Assembly (NCBI GenBank): GCA_036149055.1
Contig: JAYZQJ010000286.1
Location: 1 to 43,289, forward strand
Source: Myxococcota bacterium
GTDB lineage: Bacteria; Myxococcota_A; Polyangia; Polyangiales; Sandaracinaceae
Reading direction: 5' to 3'
Length of the DNA: 43,289 nt
The notes beneath the pieces are model-generated. The model saw nothing but the letters and a program-made list of their open reading frames with translations, did not search any database and had not been told where the DNA came from. This document shows positions 35,936-43,289 of the stretch, one piece after another. The position numbers and the translations under genes are program-made. Numbering within the stretch: the stretch's first letter is position 1; each line of letters starts with the position of its first letter.

Positions 35936-38900
35936 ATGAAAGTCCCGTCGCTGTTGTGTTTGCTCCGGGCGCGATCCGACGATCCAACCCCCGATCGTCG
36001 GGCCTACACCTTCCTCGCCGATGACGGCACGGAAGCGAGCGTCCAGACCTACGCTCAGCTGGACACGCGAGCCCGCGCGATCGGCGCCACGCTGAACGCC
36101 GCCCTCGAGGGGCGACGCGAGCCGGTCCTCCTCCTGTTCGCGCCCGGCATGCCCTACGTGGAGGGCTTCTACGGCGCCATGTACGGCGACGCGATCCCGG
36201 TGCCCGCCTATCCGCCGGACCCCGCCCGGCTGGAGCGGACGCTCCCGCGGCTCACCTCGCTCGTCGAGGACGCGGGGGCCAAGGTCGTCCTGACCACCAG
36301 CGACATCCTCGCGCTCGCCCAGGGGCTCTCCGCCTTCGCGCCGGCGCTCGGCGAGCTGAAGTGGATCGCGGTGGACGCGGTCGACGACGGCGCCGCCGCG
36401 GACTGGAGAGAGCCGGAGCTGGGGCCGGATGACGTGTGCTTCCTCCAGTACACCTCCGGCTCGACTTCAGCGCCGAAAGGGGTGCGGGTCACACACGGAA
36501 ACCTGCTCGCCAACAATCGGATGATCGCCGACGCGATGGGCAACGACCCCGACACGGTCGGCGTGTCGTGGCTGCCCATGTACCACGACATGGGGCTCAT
36601 CGGTCACATCCTGCAACCCTTGTTTCTCGGCATCCACTCGGTGCTGATGTCGCCCCTGACCTTCCTCAAGCAGCCGTTCCGGTGGCTCGAGGCGGTCAGC
36701 CGCTATCGCGCGACCACGTCGGGCGGCCCCAACTTCGCGTACGATCTCTGCGTGCGCCGCATCGACGAGGCGCAGGTCGCGTCGCTCGACCTCTCGTCGT
36801 GGCGCCTCGCCTACAGCGGCGCGGAGCCGGTCCGCCCGGACACCGTCTCGGCGTTCCTCGAGAAGTTCGAGCCCGCCGGCATCCGCGCCGAGTCCATCTT
36901 CCCCTGCTACGGGCTCGCCGAGGCGACCCTGCTCGTCACCGGCGGCCCGAACGGTCGCCCTCCCCGTCGGCTCACGGTCGCCGACGAGGGGCTGCAGTCC
37001 GGGCGGGTGGTCGACGCCGACGACGACGACGAGGCCAAGCGCGAGCTGGTCACCTGCGGCCGCGCGCCGGAGGGGACGGAGCTCCGGATCGTCGATCCCA
37101 AGACGCGCCGGGAGGCCGGCGCCGATCAGGTCGGCGAGGTCTGGGCCCGCGGGCCTCACGTCGCCGACGGCTACTGGTCCAAGGACGAGAAGGAGGGCCG
37201 CACCCGGGCGTCCGACGAGGTCTTCCGGGCCCGGCTCGCGACCGGCGAGGGGCCCTTCCTGCGCACCGGCGACCTGGGCTTCGTCCGCGACGGCGAGCTC
37301 GTCGTCACCGGCCGGCTGAAGGATCTGATCATCGTCGGCGGGCGGAACCACTACCCGCAGGACGTCGAGCTGACCGTCGAGCGGAGTCACCCGTCGCTGC
37401 GGCGAGGCTGCGCGGCCGCGTTCACGATCGAGATCGGCGACGAGCCGCACCTCGCGGTCGCGATCGAGGTCGAGCGGCGCTTCCGCCAGGATCGGCGGCG
37501 AGAGGAGAAGCCGCGAGAGGGCGGCGCGGCGCGCGGAGCCGACCGTCGAGCCTCGGGGCTGCCCCCCGGCAACGAGGCGCCGGTCCCCACCAAGCTCGAT
37601 CTCGACGAGGTGGCCGACGTCGTGCGGAGCGCGATCTGGAGGCACCACGAGCTGCCGCTCCACACGCTGGTGCTGCTGAAGGCCGGGACGATCCCGAAGA
37701 CCTCCAGCGGGAAGATCCAGCGCAACGCGACCCGCCTCGCCTTCCTCGAGGGGCAGCTCGACACCCTCGGCGTCGACGTGGCGCGCGCGCACTCGAGCAC
37801 CCGCCCCTATGAGCCGCCGCAGACGCCGGCGGAGCAGCTCATCGCGAACATCTGGATGGACGTGCTCGGGGTGGAGCGCGTGGGCCGCGCCGACACCTTC
37901 GTGGAGCTCGGCGGCGACTCGGTGAAGGCGGCGCAGGTCGTCTGGCGCGCGAGGGAGCGCGGGCTCGAGCTGTCGCTCCAGAGCATGTTCGAGTACCCGA
38001 CGCTCGCCGGGCTGTCCGCCTCCGCGAGCGATCGCGCCACCCCGCCCCCGGCGGCCCCGGGCGCGCCCCAGAGCCGCGAGGTCACCCCGCTCTCGCCGCT
38101 CGAGCTGGACGCGCTCGCGGGCTCGCCCGACGCGTCGGCGCAGACGGCGACGATCCGAGGCTCCGGGCTCGAGCCCGAGCGCGTGCTGGCGGCGTTCCGC
38201 GCCGTGATCGCGCACCACGACGCGCTCCGCTCGTCGGTCCGACGGGTCGACGGTCGCTGGGTCCGCAGCCACGCCGAGGTGGAGCCCGCGACCGCGCCGA
38301 TCGAGTGGGTCTCGGCCGAGGCGCTCGACGCCGACGAGACCCTCGAGCGCGCCCGGGCGCGGGCTCGCGCCCTCCTCGACCGGGAGTCCGGGCAGCTCGC
38401 CGCCGTCGCGCTCCTCGGCGTCGAGACCCCCGACGAGGCCGCGGCCCCGCTCCGCGTCGTCATCGCGCTCGACGCGCTGATCGCGGACGGCGTCTCCTGG
38501 ATGGTCCTCTTCGACGATCTCGACCGGGCCTACCGCCACCTCGAGGCCGGCGAGCCGGTGCGGCTCCCGAAGTCGACGCCGTTCGGCGACTGGGTGGCGG
38601 GCGTCAGCGGCCGCGCCGAGCGCACCTCCAAGCCGGTGCTCGATCGGTGGCTCGACCAGCTCGCGATCCCCCCGGCGTTCGAGGGCGCGCGGGGCGACGG
38701 CGACGGCGAGGTCATCGAGCTCCGGCGTTCGGTGAAGGACGTCGGCCACACCCTCGAGCGGCTCGTGCGCGAGCGCGGCGTGAACGTCCTCGAGTTCCTG
38801 ACGACCGCGACGCTGATGGCCCTCCACCGCCACGGCGGCGTCAACCAGCGCCTCGACGTGCTGACCTCCGGCCGCGACGACCCCGAGACGGATCTCTCCC

Positions 38901-39433
38901 GCACCGTGGGCCGCTTCCGGGCCCGCGAGCCGGTCGCGGTGGCGGTCGACCCCGAGGCCACCCGCGATCCCCTCGGCACGGTGAGCCGACACGTCTCGCG
39001 GCTCCGCGAGCTGAACGCCCCGTACCGCGCCCTCGCGCACTATCACCCGGCGGAGGACGTGCGGCGCGAGCTCCAGCGCGCGAGCCGGAGCCGGCTGCTG
39101 CTCCACTACGGCGAGTGGTACGCGGAGGCGTTCACGGCCCCCCGCATCGGATATTGCACGGTGGACGACGCGCCGGAGGTCGAGCCGGACGTCGCGGTCC
39201 TCGGTGGATCGCTGAGCGGCCCCGCGCTCGAGCTGAAGCTCCGCTTCCGCGGGGATCACTTCGCGGAGGCCGACATGGGCGCCTTCCTCGACGCCGCGGT
39301 CGACATCACCAGGGAGCTGGGCGTGGCGCGCGCGGACGCCGGCCCCGGTCTGGTCGAGAAGCACCAGGACTCCTCGCTCGACGACGACCAGCTCGCCAAG
39401 GTCCTGCGCCGCGCGCGCGACAAGCGTCGCTGA
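35936..39433 (+). CDS. Fatty acyl-AMP ligase (FAAL) - ACP - degenerate epimerization domain
   Basis: Start MKVPSLL; FLQYTSGSTSAPKG, SWLPMYHDMGLI, GGPNFAY, PCYGLAEATL, FAAL-type insertion, FLRTGDLG, IPKTSSGKIQR; ACP FVELGGDS (Ser codon 37919); E-like AHHDALR, DALIADGVSW, DLSRTVGRF. Confidence 0.9.
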   Translation: MKVPSLLCLLRARSDDPTPDRRAYTFLADDGTEASVQTYAQLDTRARAIGATLNAALEGRREPVLLLFAPGMPYVEGFYGAMYGDAIPVPAYPPDPARLERTLPRLTSLVEDAGAKVVLTTSDILALAQGLSAFAPALGELKWIAVDAVDDGAAADWREPELGPDDVCFLQYTSGSTSAPKGVRVTHGNLLANNRMIADAMGNDPDTVGVSWLPMYHDMGLIGHILQPLFLGIHSVLMSPLTFLKQPFRWLEAVSRYRATTSGGPNFAYDLCVRRIDEAQVASLDLSSWRLAYSGAEPVRPDTVSAFLEKFEPAGIRAESIFPCYGLAEATLLVTGGPNGRPPRRLTVADEGLQSGRVVDADDDDEAKRELVTCGRAPEGTELRIVDPKTRREAGADQVGEVWARGPHVADGYWSKDEKEGRTRASDEVFRARLATGEGPFLRTGDLGFVRDGELVVTGRLKDLIIVGGRNHYPQDVELTVERSHPSLRRGCAAAFTIEIGDEPHLAVAIEVERRFRQDRRREEKPREGGAARGADRRASGLPPGNEAPVPTKLDLDEVADVVRSAIWRHHELPLHTLVLLKAGTIPKTSSGKIQRNATRLAFLEGQLDTLGVDVARAHSSTRPYEPPQTPAEQLIANIWMDVLGVERVGRADTFVELGGDSVKAAQVVWRARERGLELSLQSMFEYPTLAGLSASASDRATPPPAAPGAPQSREVTPLSPLELDALAGSPDASAQTATIRGSGLEPERVLAAFRAVIAHHDALRSSVRRVDGRWVRSHAEVEPATAPIEWVSAEALDADETLERARARARALLDRESGQLAAVALLGVETPDEAAAPLRVVIALDALIADGVSWMVLFDDLDRAYRHLEAGEPVRLPKSTPFGDWVAGVSGRAERTSKPVLDRWLDQLAIPPAFEGARGDGDGEVIELRRSVKDVGHTLERLVRERGVNVLEFLTTATLMALHRHGGVNQRLDVLTSGRDDPETDLSRTVGRFRAREPVAVAVDPEATRDPLGTVSRHVSRLRELNAPYRALAHYHPAEDVRRELQRASRSRLLLHYGEWYAEAFTAPRIGYCTVDDAPEVEPDVAVLGGSLSGPALELKLRFRGDHFAEADMGAFLDAAVDITRELGVARADAGPGLVEKHQDSSLDDDQLAKVLRRARDKRR

Positions 39434-39440
39434 CCGAGAG

Positions 39441-42400
39441 ATGAGCTTCGAGCACGAGGAATCTTCGCGCCCGTCCGCCGACCCGGAGGTGGAGTCGATC
39501 TTCGACGTCACTCCCCTCCAGGAGTCGATGCTGTTCGCGAAGGTCCTCAGCGGCGCGCCCGGCACGTACCTCCTGCAGACCGCGCTCGAGCTGGTCGGTC
39601 CGCTCGACCGGGAGCGACTGCGCGAGGCACTCGCGTCCGTGATCGCGCGGCACCCGTCGCTCCGCACCTCGTTCGTGTGGGAGGAGCTGGACCAGCCGCA
39701 GCAGGTCGTGTGGTCGACCGCGGACGTGCCCTGGGAGGTGGTCGACTGGTCGGGGCAGCCTCGCTACGAGCTGAAGCGGCGGTGGAGCCAGCTCCTCGAG
39801 GAGGATCGCCGCGCGGGCATGGATCTCGAGCTGGCGCCGCTCCTTCGCGCCACGCTCGTCCGGCTCGACCGCGACGAGCACCTCCTCCTGCTCACGACCC
39901 ATCACATCGTCATCGACGGCTGGTCCCTCGTCGTGCTGATGCGCGAGGTCTTCGCGAGCTACGGCGGACAGGCCCCGGCGCATCGCCCCTTCGAGCTGCG
40001 CGACTACGTGCGCTGGCTGCGTCGGCGCCCGTCGGAGGCGGCGCTCTGGGCGGCCGAGCTCGGAGGGGTGAGCCCGTCGGCGCTCCGCCTGCCGCCCCCC
40101 GGCGATCCCTCGGGGGGCCCCGCGGAGCAGTCGGCGGTGCTCGATCAGGCGACGGCCTCCGCGCTCGAGGGCGCGGCGCGTGCCCGGGGGCTGCGCATGG
40201 CCACGCTCTACGAGGCGGCGTGGGCCATCGTGCTCCGCCTCTACACGCAGCGCTCCGACGTGACCTTCGGCGTGGTGGTCGCGGGCCGACCGCCCGACCT
40301 CCCCGGCGCCGAGCTGGCGATCGGTCCGTTCATTCACATGCTGCCGCTCGCGGTCTCGGTGGATCCCGCGCGCCCCGTGCGCGAGTGGCTGGACGAGCTC
40401 GAGCGCCGGACCGCGGCGCTGAACGGGCGCCACGCGTCGCTGCAGGACGTCGCGAGGGCGACCGGTCGCCGCGCGGACGAGCTCTTCGACTCGATGGTCG
40501 TGGTCGAGAACCTCTCGATCGAGGAGGCGATGCGGGGCGCGGCGCCGGCGGACCTGACGATCCGCGGCTTCCGCCACACCGAGCAAGCCGAGCTGCCGCT
40601 CGAGCTCGCCGTCTTCCCCGCCGAGCAGCCGCGGCTCGTGCTGCGCTACCGCCGCGACCGCGTCCACGCCGAGCTGCCCGCCCGCCTGCTGCGGGTGTAC
40701 CGGCACGTGCTGCGGCGCCTCGTCCGGCTGGACGCGCTGGGCACGGTGGCGGAGCTGCTCGACCTCCCGACGGAGGAGCGGCACGACGTCGTCGGCCGGT
40801 GGAACGCGACCGGCGAGCCCCTCCCGACCGCGCGCACCGTCGACGAGCTCATCCTCGCGCACGCCGCGCGCAGCGGCGACCGCGTGGCCTTGTCGGAGGC
40901 GAGCGGCCCGACGACCTACCGGCAGCTGCGCGACCGCGTCCACGCCCTGCGTCGCGCGCTCGAGGGCCTCGGCGTCGGCGAAGGGGCCACGGTCCTCGCG
41001 CTCACCGCCGAAGGCCGGGAGCTCGCGGCGACCTTCGCCGCCATCGCCGAGCGCGGCGCGATCTGCGTGCCGGTCGACGCGAGCCTGCCGGAGGCGCTGC
41101 TCACCACCCTCGCCCTTCGGATCGACGCCCGCGCGGTGGTCGCCTCGGCGGAGGACTGCCCCGACGCACTGGAGCCGCTGCGCGTCGATCCGGACGCGCA
41201 CGACGATCCGGACGCGCACGACGATCCCCCGGCCGCCGGCGAGCCGGCGCCGCGCCTGCTGGACGCGGCCGTCGTCGGGCAGCTCGTCCTGGACGCCGAC
41301 GACCGCCTGCGCGTCCTGACCCACACCCACCGCGCGCTGCTCGCGACCGTGACCTGGGCGCGACGGGACTACGGGTTCGCCGGCAACGACGACGTGTGGG
41401 TGCGCCGGCCGCGCACCTTCGCCGGGCTCGGCGCCGCGGAGGTGCTGGCGCCGCTCGCCGCCGGCGCGACCGTGCACCGCGCGCTCCCCGAGCGGCGGCC
41501 GACGCGCGTGTTCATCGGGCGCGGCGACGAGCCTCCGCCCGAGCCGGCGGCGCCGACCCGCTCGCTCTCCTTCATCGGCCCTCCGCGGGCGGGCCGGGCG
41601 ACGGACGCCGGGGCTCGCGTCACGGTGCTCGAGGGCTTCCCCGAGCAAGGCGAGTGCGCCTTCTACGGCCCCCACCGTCCCGCCGAGGCGGCGCGCCGGA
41701 TCCTCGGCCGGCCGATCGCCAACGTCCGCTGCTTCGTGGTCGACGAGCGCTGCGAGCCGGTCCCCACCGGCGTGGCGGGAGAGCTGCTCCTCGCCGGCGA
41801 CACCCTCGCGCGCGAGGTGGCCGGCTCGCCGAGAGAGACGGCGGAGCGATGGATCCCGCAGGGCTTCGGGTGGGCGCCCGGCGAGCGCACCTTCCGCACC
41901 GGCCACCAGGCCCGCTGGCTGCCGGACGGCCGCGTGGAGGTGCTCTCCTCGGCGACGACGGCGTGGACACCGCTGCGCTCCGGCTCCGCCGCGCTCTCCA
42001 GCGTCGGGCTCCGCGCCGAGCCCGGCGCCTCGACGCGGCCGGGGATCGTCGAGCTCCCGCTCGCGCCGGAGGCGGCGCCGCTCGTCCCGGTGGCCGCGTT
42101 CGCCTGGTGGCTCGCGATCCGGCGCGGCACGCCTCGCCTGTCGCTCCCCCTCGTCGCCGGCGATCGACGGGTCGAGGCGGTGATCGACCTGCGCGCCGCG
42201 CGCGATGGCGCCGTCGTCCTGTCACGCGTGGAGGGCGCCCTGCTCCGCGCGTTCTCCGACGGCCCGCCGCTCGGCTCGGACGCCTCGCCGGCCGCCCCGT
42301 ACGTGGTCCGCCTCGGGGACGGCCCCGCGCCGGAGGGGCTGCTCGGCGTCGCCCGGCTCGACCGGGGGCAGGCCCGGATCCAGGTCCCGCCGACCGAGGA

Positions 42401-43289
42401 CACCGAGGCGGTCGCGGCCGAGCTTCGGCTCCTGGCCGAGGCGTGCGCGGGCGCCGCCGCCGGCTTCACGCTCGACGCCTTCGCGCTCGAAGCCTGGGGC
42501 GCCTCGAGGCCCGCGCGCCTCGAGGCCCCGGCAGACGCGCCCGCGCGCTCCGAGACGGCGCCCCTGGACCTGCCGCTCGATCACCCCCGCCGCCGCGAGA
42601 GCGGAGCGAGCCGCCGGGGACGGCTGGACATCGACCTCCCGCCGGACGCCGACCCGGACGCGGTGCTCGCTGCGTGGGCCTGGACGCTCGCCGCGCACGC
42701 GCGCACGTCGACCGTCGCCGTGAACGTGCCCGCCCGGCTGCGGACCGTCGGCGGAGACGACGCCCGGTTCGTCACCACGCTGTCCGCGCCCCTCGACCTG
42801 GCTCGACGCCCTTCGCTCGACGCGCTGCGCGCGCGCGTCCGAGACGCCCGGGACGCGGCCCTCGTCGCGAGCCCCCTCCCCTGGGGCGCCCGCCCCGACG
42901 ACGCCGCGGCCCCGGTCAACTTCGTCCCCGCGAGCGCGGCGTGGGCCGCCTCGCTCCCGCGCGCGGACGTGACGCTGGACCTCGGCGCGAGCTGCGCGCT
43001 CGAGTACGACGCCGAGCTCTTCGAAGAGGCGACGGTCGCGCAGCTCGCCCGCGCGCTCTCGCGCCTGCTCGAAGCGGCGCTGGAGTCGCCCGAGCTCCCG
43101 CTGCCCGAGCTGCGCTGGGGCGACGGCCCGGAGCGGGCGAGGCTGGACGAACTCTCGCGCGGCGCCGCGCTCGACTACACGCCTCGCTGCCTGCACGAGC
43201 TCTTCGAGGACGCGGTCGACCGGACGCCCGACGCCGAGGCGCTCGTCTGGCAGACCGAGCGCTGGACCTACCGGCAGCTCGAGCGCCGC
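39441..43289 (+). CDS. NRPS, 3' truncated by the window: DCL-like C domain, degenerate A domain, C-lobe remnants, start of a second A domain
   Basis: Absent from the ORF track. Manual translation from ATG 39441 is open to the window end (1283 codons): VTPLQESMLF, LRTSFVWEELDQP, HHIVIDGW (39900), TTYRQL, GRPIAN, GELLLAG, FRTGHQ, LDLPLDHPR, LEYDAELF, CLHELFE...WTYRQL. Confidence 0.88.
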   Translation, partial: MSFEHEESSRPSADPEVESIFDVTPLQESMLFAKVLSGAPGTYLLQTALELVGPLDRERLREALASVIARHPSLRTSFVWEELDQPQQVVWSTADVPWEVVDWSGQPRYELKRRWSQLLEEDRRAGMDLELAPLLRATLVRLDRDEHLLLLTTHHIVIDGWSLVVLMREVFASYGGQAPAHRPFELRDYVRWLRRRPSEAALWAAELGGVSPSALRLPPPGDPSGGPAEQSAVLDQATASALEGAARARGLRMATLYEAAWAIVLRLYTQRSDVTFGVVVAGRPPDLPGAELAIGPFIHMLPLAVSVDPARPVREWLDELERRTAALNGRHASLQDVARATGRRADELFDSMVVVENLSIEEAMRGAAPADLTIRGFRHTEQAELPLELAVFPAEQPRLVLRYRRDRVHAELPARLLRVYRHVLRRLVRLDALGTVAELLDLPTEERHDVVGRWNATGEPLPTARTVDELILAHAARSGDRVALSEASGPTTYRQLRDRVHALRRALEGLGVGEGATVLALTAEGRELAATFAAIAERGAICVPVDASLPEALLTTLALRIDARAVVASAEDCPDALEPLRVDPDAHDDPDAHDDPPAAGEPAPRLLDAAVVGQLVLDADDRLRVLTHTHRALLATVTWARRDYGFAGNDDVWVRRPRTFAGLGAAEVLAPLAAGATVHRALPERRPTRVFIGRGDEPPPEPAAPTRSLSFIGPPRAGRATDAGARVTVLEGFPEQGECAFYGPHRPAEAARRILGRPIANVRCFVVDERCEPVPTGVAGELLLAGDTLAREVAGSPRETAERWIPQGFGWAPGERTFRTGHQARWLPDGRVEVLSSATTAWTPLRSGSAALSSVGLRAEPGASTRPGIVELPLAPEAAPLVPVAAFAWWLAIRRGTPRLSLPLVAGDRRVEAVIDLRAARDGAVVLSRVEGALLRAFSDGPPLGSDASPAAPYVVRLGDGPAPEGLLGVARLDRGQARIQVPPTEDTEAVAAELRLLAEACAGAAAGFTLDAFALEAWGASRPARLEAPADAPARSETAPLDLPLDHPRRRESGASRRGRLDIDLPPDADPDAVLAAWAWTLAAHARTSTVAVNVPARLRTVGGDDARFVTTLSAPLDLARRPSLDALRARVRDARDAALVASPLPWGARPDDAAAPVNFVPASAAWAASLPRADVTLDLGASCALEYDAELFEEATVAQLARALSRLLEAALESPELPLPELRWGDGPERARLDELSRGAALDYTPRCLHELFEDAVDRTPDAEALVWQTERWTYRQLERR
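41187..41227 (+). repeat. Perfect in-frame 18-bp tandem duplication (DPDAHD x2)
   Basis: GATCCGGACGCGCACGAC twice, followed by GATCC. Confidence 0.9.

Noticed and set aside
36467..43196. Minus-strand ORFs 36467..39667, 39306..41906, 41663..42469 and 42222..43196
   Set aside because: Antisense to FAAL and to the open plus-strand NRPS frame, which carries the recognisable motifs.

Overview
Very GC-rich chromosomal DNA whose gene content points to Myxococcota, probably Polyangia/Sandaracinus-like (inferred, not searched). I support about 33 real CDSs; most other long ORFs in the track are GC shadow frames. In order: a multi-hairpin REP-like element; two paralogous lipoproteins with Ca-binding repeats and an integrin-beta-like VWA domain (CglD-like); pal-like and cpoB; a tandem pair of ~230-bp structured repeats; a cytochrome c/SCO/cyoE operon; a Ser/Thr kinase; an orphan SctQ-like gene with a probable internal start; a Cys-rich/RCC1/kinase/kinase/TPR-PEGA operon; small envelope genes; an 11-kb minus-strand run (PEGA-barrel, ECF sigma, FecR-TPR, VWA, tmk, propeller, PP2C, kinase, PilZ); a PEGA kinase; TauE-PilZ; FHA plus degenerate GGDEF; and the start of an unusual NRPS cluster. 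That cluster has FAAL-ACP-degenerate epimerase, then an NRPS missing from the ORF track (39441 to window end) with a C domain, a degenerate A domain, C-lobe remnants and a second A domain. The best novelty candidates are this eroded but open assembly line with its possible c-di-GMP links, the TonB-receptor-less ECF/PEGA/kinase modules, and the structured repeats. No rRNA, tRNA, CRISPR array or transposase was seen. All domain calls come from motif recognition by eye.
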